Shown here in pieces: positions 28,133 through 35,823 of a stretch of 64,000 nucleotides of DNA. The position numbers were made by a program, and so were the translations under genes. A model generated the notes under the pieces. It ran no database searches. It was not told where the DNA came from and saw only the letters and a list, made by a program, of their open reading frames with translations. The stretch comes from an uncultured Christensenella sp. (lineage in GTDB: Bacteria > Bacillota > Clostridia > Christensenellales > Borkfalkiaceae), in assembly GCA_964401515.1 (NCBI GenBank), contig CAYNYV010000001.1:8667-72666 (forward strand), in the 5' to 3' direction. Within the stretch, counting starts at the first letter, position 1; every line of letters starts with the position of its first letter.

Positions 28133-29380
28133 ATGGAAATTACTAATTTTTTAAACACGTCGTATACGGCATATCATACGGTGCGTAACGCCGAAAACTT
28201 TTTAAAATCAAACGACTTTTTACCTTTACAAAAAGACGTTACGATAAAAAAAGGCGGTAAATACTATATTGAAAAAAACGGCAGTGCCATAATCGCTTTT
28301 AAGGTCGGTAGTCTTAATCATTACGGCTTCAACGTTGCAATGGCGCATACCGATTCGCCCGCGTTACGGGTTAAAGGAAGAAAACTTCTTGATAGTCCGG
28401 AAGGTAAAAGGATTAACGTCGAAGCCTACGGCGGACTTATAAGGTATTCCTTTATGAATATACCTTTAAAGATTGCAGGTAGACTTTTTGCTAAAACCGA
28501 ATACGGCTTGAAAACCGTTTTGGTCGAAAGCGATTTTACCGTTAATTTACCGAGTTTGTGTATTCACCACAATATCGAAGTCAACGAAAAGGCTAATTTA
28601 ACCGTTCAAAACGATATGTTACCGCTTATCGGGGGCGATTGCGACGATTTATATAAGATTCTTTGTCCGGAACTTGAAATCGTTGACGGCGATTTATTCG
28701 TCGTGCCTTGCGTAAACGCATTTTATTCGGGGGCGAAAAACGAGTTTTTATGTTCGCCGAGAATAGACAATTTAACAAGTTGCTATTCTATTCTTCAAGG
28801 ATTGGTAGAAGGGGAGCCTTGCGGTGTTTCCGTTTGCTGTCTTTTCGATAACGAAGAAATAGGAAGCAACACAAAGCAAGGGGCTGCTTCAGCCTTTTTG
28901 CCCGATTTGTTAAAGAAGATCAACGACGATTTGGGTTTCTCTTACGATGATTACTTGAAGGCAGTCGATCGTAGCTTTTTATTATCGTCTGACAACGGGC
29001 ATGCCGTACATCAAGCCCACCCCGAAAAAAGCGATCTGTCGAACAAGGTTTATCTTAACGGCGGCGTAGTAATTAAGCATCATACAAATTACGCGACAGA
29101 CGGATTTAGTTCGGCTGTGTTAAAAGCCGTTTTTGATAAAAACGGCGTTAAATATCAAGATTATTACAATAATTCCGACATTCGTTGCGGCGGAACGCTC
29201 GGTCTTATGGTAAGCACTCGTCTGCAAATGGTTGCAGCCGACATAGGGCTTGGGCAACTTGCAATGCATTCTTCTATCGAAACCGTAGGCGCAAACGATA
29301 TATCTACGATGACTGAAGGTATTAAGGCGTTTTACGGCTCAAAGTTCGATTTCGGCAGCGAAGATATTAAGTTGTTTTGA
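28133..29380 (+). CDS. M18-family aminopeptidase
   Basis: MAHTDSPALRVK motif and the C-terminal LAMHSSIE region. The start could be 28133 or 28106. Confidence 0.8.
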   Translation: MEITNFLNTSYTAYHTVRNAENFLKSNDFLPLQKDVTIKKGGKYYIEKNGSAIIAFKVGSLNHYGFNVAMAHTDSPALRVKGRKLLDSPEGKRINVEAYGGLIRYSFMNIPLKIAGRLFAKTEYGLKTVLVESDFTVNLPSLCIHHNIEVNEKANLTVQNDMLPLIGGDCDDLYKILCPELEIVDGDLFVVPCVNAFYSGAKNEFLCSPRIDNLTSCYSILQGLVEGEPCGVSVCCLFDNEEIGSNTKQGAASAFLPDLLKKINDDLGFSYDDYLKAVDRSFLLSSDNGHAVHQAHPEKSDLSNKVYLNGGVVIKHHTNYATDGFSSAVLKAVFDKNGVKYQDYYNNSDIRCGGTLGLMVSTRLQMVAADIGLGQLAMHSSIETVGANDISTMTEGIKAFYGSKFDFGSEDIKLF

Positions 29381-29401
29381 TAATTTCTGTTCTGTAAAAT
29401 T

Positions 29402-29480
29402 TTAGCAACGTAAAATAATGTGCTAAACGCGAGATTTTACGTTGCTAAAAAATAAAAAAACGACGGTTTAATAACCGTCG
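29402..29480 (-). terminator. Tandem intrinsic terminators oriented for the - strand
   Basis: Read on the - strand: CGACGGTT-ATTA-AACCGTCG followed by TTTTTTTATTTTTT, then a 15-bp hairpin (29402-29448). Confidence 0.75.
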
Positions 29481-29723
29481 CCCCACACGTGCCGTATAAG
29501 GAGAAAATCAACCCGCTTAAGTGCAGGTGGGTATCAAGCCTTAGTGTATCTGCTACTCCATGTTTTTATGACCTGCACAAGACAATGGTCGAGAGTATAG
29601 CATAACGAATAAGGACTCCGATTCCCGTTTTAGTGATTGCGGAGAGAATATAACCTTAACACGCACACAGTAGAAAACAAATTGTTTCAAGATTTTTAGG
29701 AAAACTTTCGCCAAGAATCTTGT
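29461..29723 (-). ncRNA. Unclassified structured small RNA candidate (~245-260 nt)
   Basis: No ORF on either strand. Bounded by a - strand promoter (29730-29758) and the tandem terminators. GC is higher than in the flanking spacers. It has several strong helices, e.g. CTTGTGCAGGT / ACCTGCAC(TT)AAG, CTCCG / CGGAG and CAAGATT / AATCTTG. Confidence 0.4.
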
Positions 29724-29729
29724 ATACTT

Positions 29730-29758
29730 ATTGTACCATACTTTTTTTCAATACGCAA
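29730..29758 (-). promoter_or_regulatory. Candidate promoter of the small RNA
   Basis: On the - strand: TTGCGT, 17-nt spacer, extended -10 TGgTACAAT. It overlaps the palindrome ATACGC-AA-GCGTAT (29751-29764). Confidence 0.4.
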
Positions 29759-29808
29759 GCGTATTTATCTATTTTATTTTACATTTTTCTACGTAGGAAA
29801 ATATCTGT

Positions 29809-30522
29809 ATGTTTAGTCTTTTGCCATTAGGTACAAACGGGCTTTATCCTAACAATGATAGCCCGACAAGCGGCTATCTCGTAACTTATAACGGGGTAAA
29901 CCTTTTAATAGATATAGGTAGCGGTGTTTTTATAAAACTTTGCGAAGTAATGCCACCCGAAAACCTCGATGCGATTATAATTTCACATTACCATTTCGAC
30001 CACGTTTCCGATATAGGCGTTTTAAGTTACTATTTGCAAATGCGTAACAAGAAACTTACCGTATACGGTCCTAACGATAATTCACCCTACCAATCGCTTA
30101 TAAGCAGCAGTCCCTATTTTAATTATATGCCGATAGACGAAAATTCTATACTCGATTTTAAAGAATTTCAAGTTTCTTTTTGTAAAATGAAGCACCCCGT
30201 ACTAACATACGGCGTAAAACTCAGTGACGGTGTAAAAGTTTTAAGTTACTCGTCAGACAGTGCTTTATGCTCAGGTTTTGAAAAACTTTTATCGGGTTGC
30301 GATTTAGCCGTTTTGGATTGCGGTTTTACCTTCGATAATTGGAATGAAGACAAACCTTTGATTTCGGCTAAACACGTGGGGCTTTTGGGAAAGCGTTACG
30401 GCGTAAAAACAATACTTTTATCACATTTTAACCCTACGATTTCGCGTGAAAAGTTGATTTTGGAAGGGCAAAACGAATACGAAAACTGCAAACCCATAGA
30501 ACACAAAAGATATTACTTATGA
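29809..30522 (+). CDS. MBL-fold metallo-hydrolase (RNase Z / YhfI-like)
   Basis: HxHxDH motif IISHYHFDHVSD. N-terminus LPLGTNGLYP...TSGYLV...LIDIGSG. Confidence 0.8.
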   Translation: MFSLLPLGTNGLYPNNDSPTSGYLVTYNGVNLLIDIGSGVFIKLCEVMPPENLDAIIISHYHFDHVSDIGVLSYYLQMRNKKLTVYGPNDNSPYQSLISSSPYFNYMPIDENSILDFKEFQVSFCKMKHPVLTYGVKLSDGVKVLSYSSDSALCSGFEKLLSGCDLAVLDCGFTFDNWNEDKPLISAKHVGLLGKRYGVKTILLSHFNPTISREKLILEGQNEYENCKPIEHKRYYL

Positions 30523-31997
30523 AAAGGCTTTTTAACAACAGACCGATAGTATTCAGCGCGATAACGTTAGTTCTCGGAATGATCGTCGCGACATATTTTG
30601 AAAAAGCAACCTATCTGTTTTACATCGGTTGCGGACTTTTGGTCGTTGCTGTTTTGCTTGGTTTTTTCGTTAAGCAATTAAAGCCTTTAAAAATAGAAAT
30701 CGTTGTTTTATCTATATTTTTCCTTTTGGGGTTTATTTATACCCGTTACAATATATTTTTGTTTAATAACGACGAAAAATTCGGCGGTAGCGATAATTAT
30801 TGCGTCGGTATCGTCGAAGACCTAAAGATTTACGACGATTATACTTTGTTGACCTTATCCGACGTAGAAATAGGCGGTGAAAAAACTTTCGGAAATTTGC
30901 AATTACAAACTACCGAAAATCTTTTTTCGTTAGGCGATAAAGTTAAGTTTTACGGCAAAATTTATTTTAACGGATTTAGCGTCGGCACTTACTCGTGTAA
31001 AGCAACGCTTTCCGCTAACGTTGATAGCGTTACCCTGGTTTCGAAGCCGAAATCTTTATTCCGCGTTTTGTCGAATTATTTGAAAAACAATATTTTGAAG
31101 AACGTTTCGGGCGACGAAGGCGGTATAATGGTTGCTTTAATGCTCGGCGATACTTCTTACGTAAATTCTTCAACGCTAAGTAATTACAGATTGTCCGGGG
31201 TGAGTCATATATTTGCGGTTTCGGGCTTGCACGTCGTCTTTTTCGCTTCGATTATAAGCGGATTTTTGTCGTTGGTACGTCTAAAAGGGTTTCCGAATAC
31301 CATAGTTTCCACCTTGTGCACGATTTTTTACGCAGGCTTGTGCGGATTTCCCGTTTCCGCCGTGCGTGCCGTAATAATGACGGCGACTTCGAATTTTGTT
31401 AAAAACGCCGGCAGAAAATACGACGGACTTAATTCTTTGTTTTTAAGTTTGATAATCGTACTTGCGATATTTCCGCATACCTTATTTACTTATGGACTTA
31501 TATTATCATATCTCGCCGTATCGGGAATTGCGCTGTACTCTAAAGGCTGCGAAAAACTGTTTTCTTTTTTACCCGATTCGATAGCATCGTCAATTGCTGT
31601 AAGCTTTGCCGTTTCGATTATAATGACGCCCGTACTTTTCAAAATGTGGGGCTACAGTTCTTTAATAGTGGTATTTTTAAACATAATAATCGTACCGCTT
31701 GTAAGCGTTTTATATACGCTCGTCTTTTTTACTTCGCTAATTTGCGCTATATTGCCGTTTTGCGGTTTTGTTTTCAAAATCCCTTATTTTGTAGCATATT
31801 TTATAAATTCCGTACTAATAGAGCTTAACGTAAAAAGTTTTACGTTGTACGCTCGAGTTACAACGATTTCCTTAGTGATTTATTACGTCTTCGCGCTAAT
31901 TTTGTGCGACAGAACCAATTTTAAAAAACCCGTTAAAATTATAAGCGGAATTTTATGTTTTTTAACGCTTATACTCTCAATCGGAGGCATAATTTGA
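30519..31997 (+). CDS. comEC: ComEC/Rec2-family competence channel protein, lacking the C-terminal MBL domain
   Basis: Competence-domain motif LSGVSHIFAVSGLHVVF. Polytopic membrane protein of 492 aa. The start overlaps the upstream stop (ATGA). Confidence 0.8.
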   Translation: MKRLFNNRPIVFSAITLVLGMIVATYFEKATYLFYIGCGLLVVAVLLGFFVKQLKPLKIEIVVLSIFFLLGFIYTRYNIFLFNNDEKFGGSDNYCVGIVEDLKIYDDYTLLTLSDVEIGGEKTFGNLQLQTTENLFSLGDKVKFYGKIYFNGFSVGTYSCKATLSANVDSVTLVSKPKSLFRVLSNYLKNNILKNVSGDEGGIMVALMLGDTSYVNSSTLSNYRLSGVSHIFAVSGLHVVFFASIISGFLSLVRLKGFPNTIVSTLCTIFYAGLCGFPVSAVRAVIMTATSNFVKNAGRKYDGLNSLFLSLIIVLAIFPHTLFTYGLILSYLAVSGIALYSKGCEKLFSFLPDSIASSIAVSFAVSIIMTPVLFKMWGYSSLIVVFLNIIIVPLVSVLYTLVFFTSLICAILPFCGFVFKIPYFVAYFINSVLIELNVKSFTLYARVTTISLVIYYVFALILCDRTNFKKPVKIISGILCFLTLILSIGGII

Positions 31998-32965
31998 AAT
32001 TTGAAGAATTAAAAAGTTCCTTAAAGGAAACTGTTTATCCAATATATTTACTCGAAGGCGAAGAGGTGTTTTTTCGCGAAAGAAGCGAGGAAATGATAAA
32101 AGCCGCGGCAATTACCGAGCCGCAGTTGAATTTTGCGACTTTTGACACGGCGAATTTAAAACAGGGGACGGACCTTTTGGTTAATCTTTTGTCGAGTTGC
32201 CCGTTTATGAGCGAACGAAGAATGATTACCGTAAGAGAATGGTATCCGACGGCTCAAGATTTAAAGGCTAAGGCTATTAAAAATTACCTTGATAATCCTT
32301 TCGACACGGCGGTTTTGGTAATAGATAACTCGAAAAAATGCGACGCCCTTAAAAAATGTGCTAATGTTACCCTTGTTGACTGTCAAAAAGGATCGTTAGA
32401 ACTTATTACTAAATACGTTAGGTCTAAATGTAGCAAAGAAAATTTAATAATATCTACTTCCACTTGTAAACTTATTTGCGAATTTTGTTTATACGATATG
32501 ACTCGTATTAACAGCGAAGTCGAAAAACTTATAGCTTATAAATCGGGACAAATCGATATTTCCGACGAAGACGTAAATAATATGGTTACGAAAACGTCCG
32601 ACTATAAGATATACGAAATGGTTTCCTTTATAGCAGATAAAAAATACGCAAGCGCATATAGGATTTTGGAAGAACTTAACTCGATAGGCGATAAGCAGAT
32701 GCTTTTTGCTTCGCTGTACTATCATTTTAGAAGAATGTTTTTCGTTTCCATGTCTAACGCGAGCGACGGAGAATTAGCCAATATTCTCGGCGTGAAAGAA
32801 TTTGCCGTTACGATGTCAAGACGGCAAGCAAAAAGTTTTACGTCTAAGCGTCTTAAAAAGATTATGGATAAACTTTCCGAATGCGAACGCGGCTTTAAAA
32901 GCGGCGCGGTAACCTTCGACGGAGCCTTTTTAAACGGCGTTTTTAACGTATTATGTGAAAATTAA
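31994..32965 (+). CDS. holA: DNA polymerase III delta subunit
   Basis: PIYLLEGEEVFF N-terminus and conserved comEC-holA synteny. I prefer the TTG at 31994, 6 nt after GGAGG, which overlaps the comEC stop. Confidence 0.8.
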   Translation: MKFEELKSSLKETVYPIYLLEGEEVFFRERSEEMIKAAAITEPQLNFATFDTANLKQGTDLLVNLLSSCPFMSERRMITVREWYPTAQDLKAKAIKNYLDNPFDTAVLVIDNSKKCDALKKCANVTLVDCQKGSLELITKYVRSKCSKENLIISTSTCKLICEFCLYDMTRINSEVEKLIAYKSGQIDISDEDVNNMVTKTSDYKIYEMVSFIADKKYASAYRILEELNSIGDKQMLFASLYYHFRRMFFVSMSNASDGELANILGVKEFAVTMSRRQAKSFTSKRLKKIMDKLSECERGFKSGAVTFDGAFLNGVFNVLCEN

Positions 32966-33076
32966 TAATTTATTTAAGCAGTTTAATATCAAAAACACTT
33001 TTCATTTGCTAATTTTTATGCTAAACTATAAGATAGTGTCGATGAATTATAAGGAACAAATTTAAGGAATATGTTT

Positions 33077-33880
33077 ATGGAAAAATTAAAGCAGGCATTT
33101 TCGGCTTTCCAAACGCCAACCGGTGCTTTTTTGGAAGTTTTGCAAATTCTTGCAATTGCGGTAATGATTTACTTTATGATAAAAGTTCTTTTTTCAAACA
33201 ACGCCGCGTTGCTATTTTGGATTTATCTCGGATTTACCCTTGTTATGGGTATCTGTTTATTCGTATCTAAATCGGATTTTCAGTATTCGGGCGTTCTTAT
33301 GTTTGTATTTCAAGTTTTCTTTTATCTTGGCGTGGTCGTGCTTTTTTCTACGGAAATCAAACGCACGATTTGGCAAGGAAGATTCGGCGAACATAAACAC
33401 GGCGACGGTAGTGCTAATTTCGATGCCGACGCTGCTATCGAGGAAATTATCAAGGCGATTCAAAATATGTCAAAAAACGACGTAGGCGCACTTATAATTT
33501 TATCTAACGGCAATCTTCCCGTAGGGGTTTTAGAAAGCGGCGTGTATCTTAGCGCAGATGTTTCCGCTCAACTTATCGAGAGTATATTTTTCCCGAAATC
33601 CGCTCTCCATGACGGCGCAATGATACTCAAAGGTACAAGAATACAAGCGGCGGGGTGTTTCCTTCCCGTTGCACAAGAATTTAATTTGTCTAAAGATCTC
33701 GGTTCGCGCCACCGTGCGGGCATAGGCTTAACGGAAACGGTAAACGTAACGGCTATAATAGTTTCCGAAGAAACCGGTATTATTTCTATCGCAAAGGGCG
33801 GCAAAATCATTCGTTTCGTTGACACGAACGTTTTAAGGGAAACCTTAAAAGATTTTTATTGGCAAGAATTAATTCATTAA
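33077..33880 (+). CDS. cdaA: Diadenylate cyclase CdaA
   Basis: Three N-terminal TM helices, then DisA_N motifs DGAMILKG and LGSRHRAGIGLTE. Confidence 0.9.
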   Translation: MEKLKQAFSAFQTPTGAFLEVLQILAIAVMIYFMIKVLFSNNAALLFWIYLGFTLVMGICLFVSKSDFQYSGVLMFVFQVFFYLGVVVLFSTEIKRTIWQGRFGEHKHGDGSANFDADAAIEEIIKAIQNMSKNDVGALIILSNGNLPVGVLESGVYLSADVSAQLIESIFFPKSALHDGAMILKGTRIQAAGCFLPVAQEFNLSKDLGSRHRAGIGLTETVNVTAIIVSEETGIISIAKGGKIIRFVDTNVLRETLKDFYWQELIH

Positions 33881-33892
33881 GGCGGTGTTATT

Positions 33893-34003
33893 ATGGCAAA
33901 AGAACCTTCAAAATTTTCGCGAGTTTTCGTAAAGTACATATTACCCGCAATCGGTGCGATTGCAATTTCGCTTTTTATCTATATCGTTATAAAAGGCGCG
34001 TAA
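33893..34003 (+). CDS. Possible 36-aa single-pass membrane peptide downstream of cdaA
   Basis: ATG 12 nt after the cdaA stop. MAKEPSKFSRVFVKYILPAIGAIAISLFIYIVIKGA has a basic N-terminus and one hydrophobic helix. It falls below the ORF-track length cut-off. Confidence 0.35.
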   Translation: MAKEPSKFSRVFVKYILPAIGAIAISLFIYIVIKGA

Positions 34004-34045
34004 AATACTCAATTTAATAATGTTTTAGTTGCCACCGGGTAACGA

Positions 34046-34105
34046 AAAAGCGTTCTGACACGTCATTAGGTCTTTGAAGACGTGTTTCGAACGCTTTTAT
34101 TTTTT
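34046..34105 (+). terminator. Long intrinsic terminator ending 5 nt before the pnuC RBS
   Basis: Outer stem GCGTTC / GAACGC and inner stem ACACGTC / GACGTGT, followed by TTTTATTTTTT. The RBS AGGAG is at 34111. Confidence 0.7.
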
Positions 34106-34120
34106 GTATCAGGAGATATT

Positions 34121-34819
34121 ATGAAAATTAAAAAATTATTTAGTTATTTTTCTATGAAAGAAATAGTTCTATGGGCTTTATCGGTATATATTATCGTATT
34201 GTCTTTTCTAATATTCGACAGGGTAAACTATTTAACTTTAGTCGCTTCGATTGTAGGGGTAACGTCCTTAATTTTTAATGCAAAAGGTAATGCTTTCGGG
34301 CAAGTATTAATGATACTTTTCAGTATCTTGTATTCGATTATATCTTTAAGATTTAAATATTACGGCGAAATGTTTACTTATCTTATGATGACTGCACCGA
34401 TGTCGTTATTCGCACTTATATTATCTTGGATTAAAAATCCTTACAACGGAAATAAGTCGCAAGTTAAAGTGAATAAAATCGGTAAAAAGGAGTTGATTGT
34501 TGCTACGATTTTAACTTTTTCGGTGACGTTCGTGTTCTATTTTATATTAAGATACTTTGATACGGCAAATTTGTTTCCGAGTACGGTGTCGGTCGCAACT
34601 AGTTTTATCGCCGTATATCTTACATATAAGCGCAGTTCGTATTTTGCTTTAGGTTATGCTGCGAACGATTTGGTTTTAATTATTCTCTGGACGCTCGCGT
34701 CGATTGCAAATATGACCTATATTTCGGTTGTCGTTTGTTTCGTCGCCTTTTTTGTGAACGACGTTTACGGTTTTATTAGTTGGAAAAAGATGGAAAAAGT
34801 TCAACACGGCAACGACTAG
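34121..34819 (+). CDS. pnuC: PnuC-family nicotinamide riboside (or related vitamin) transporter
   Basis: 233-aa polytopic membrane protein of PnuC-like size and helix pattern. ATG at 34121 after AGGAG. Confidence 0.65.
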   Translation: MKIKKLFSYFSMKEIVLWALSVYIIVLSFLIFDRVNYLTLVASIVGVTSLIFNAKGNAFGQVLMILFSILYSIISLRFKYYGEMFTYLMMTAPMSLFALILSWIKNPYNGNKSQVKVNKIGKKELIVATILTFSVTFVFYFILRYFDTANLFPSTVSVATSFIAVYLTYKRSSYFALGYAANDLVLIILWTLASIANMTYISVVVCFVAFFVNDVYGFISWKKMEKVQHGND

Positions 34820-34854
34820 ATTGTTTTAATTGCAGTGATTAGATTACTTAATAT

Positions 34855-34894
34855 GTAAAAAGCCCTTTCTCGGTTTAGATTGGGAAAGGGCTTT
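34855..34894. terminator. Bidirectional terminator between pnuC and the convergent dnaI-like gene
   Basis: AAAAAGCCCTTTC...GGAAAGGGCTTTTT. Confidence 0.8.
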
Positions 34895-34909
34895 TTATAT
34901 ATAAAATTG

Positions 34910-35821
34910 TTATTTTCTTAAATCTGCACCGTCGAAATTAATCGTAACCGTTTTGTTTGACGTAAGTCTTGAAAACAGTCTGTCGCCGTAACGAGCGGCA
35001 AGTTCGTCAAAATTAAGATTGGTAGTTACCAAAAAAGGTTTTTGATTTTCCAAACGTGACGATATAAGTACGTAAAGATTTTCAACGGTAATTTTATTTA
35101 AAAGTCTTTCGGCGCCTAAATCGTCGATGATCAAAAAGTCGCAAGTTTCCAAAATATCGTTTGCCGTTTTTGCCGCGGAAGGGGAAGAATACATGTTTTC
35201 GATAGCGATATTATTAAGTGCCGAAGAAGTCAAAAATAATGAGACGTTGCCGCTATGTCCGATTTGGCTTGCGATTGCTTGGGCTAAAAATGTTTTACCC
35301 GTTCCCGTTTTGCCCGTAAATATTAAATTTTTCGACGCGGAAGAAAAATTATCGGCGTATTTTTTCAATTTTTCAAAGTGTTTAGCCGTGCCTTGTTTTT
35401 CCGACATCGTATCGTCGTTAAAGGTGAAAAGTTTCGGGACGGGTTGGTTTAATTCCTTATAGCAAGCGGCAGTTAAATTTTCGTAAAAGCAAGAACATCT
35501 TTTTTCGCCTACGTAGCCGCTGTCTTTACATAAGTCGCAACGATAGTTTACCTTGTTTAAACCGCCATTGTTCGCAAGTTTGGATTTAGTTTCTTTTAAG
35601 CGTTGAATTTCCTTTTGCAATTTTTCGACTTTTTCATTTTCTCCGTTGAATTCGGCTTTGTTCAAATCGAAAATCGCTTCCGAAAGTTTTTGCGAAATTT
35701 CGGAATACTTGTCGTTTTTCATAAGCTTGTCGTTTAAAACGCTTAAATTGAATTCGCGCGTAACGCTTAAATTATGGTATGATAATTCAACGTCGTTAAT
35801 AATTTCTTTACATTTAATCAT
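34910..35821 (-). CDS. DnaC/DnaI-like helicase loader ATPase
   Basis: Walker A GKTGTGKTFL, Walker B LIIDDLG, N-terminal Cys cluster CDLCKDSGYVGEKRCSC. It lies immediately downstream of a DnaD-domain gene. Confidence 0.75.
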   Translation of the reverse strand: MIKCKEIINDVELSYHNLSVTREFNLSVLNDKLMKNDKYSEISQKLSEAIFDLNKAEFNGENEKVEKLQKEIQRLKETKSKLANNGGLNKVNYRCDLCKDSGYVGEKRCSCFYENLTAACYKELNQPVPKLFTFNDDTMSEKQGTAKHFEKLKKYADNFSSASKNLIFTGKTGTGKTFLAQAIASQIGHSGNVSLFLTSSALNNIAIENMYSSPSAAKTANDILETCDFLIIDDLGAERLLNKITVENLYVLISSRLENQKPFLVTTNLNFDELAARYGDRLFSRLTSNKTVTINFDGADLRK

Positions 35822-35823
35822 AA

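Noticed and set aside
29461-29723. Assigning the small RNA candidate to SRP RNA, 6S RNA, tmRNA or RNase P RNA
   Set aside because: - SRP: there is only a weak resemblance to SRP domain IV (CAGGTC...GGAGTAGCAG). It has no GNRA tetraloop, and the competing 11-bp helix is stronger.
- 6S: the 5' and 3' ends pair for only about 14 bp, not as a 6S-like rod.
- tmRNA and RNase P: the hallmark motifs are absent and the length is wrong.

I therefore left it unclassified.
34004-34120. Calling the pnuC leader a known NAD+-II (pnuC motif), TPP or FMN riboswitch
   Set aside because: I could not find the conserved cores I remember for these classes. Without a covariance-model search the call would be invented. 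It is reported only as a terminator plus an open question.
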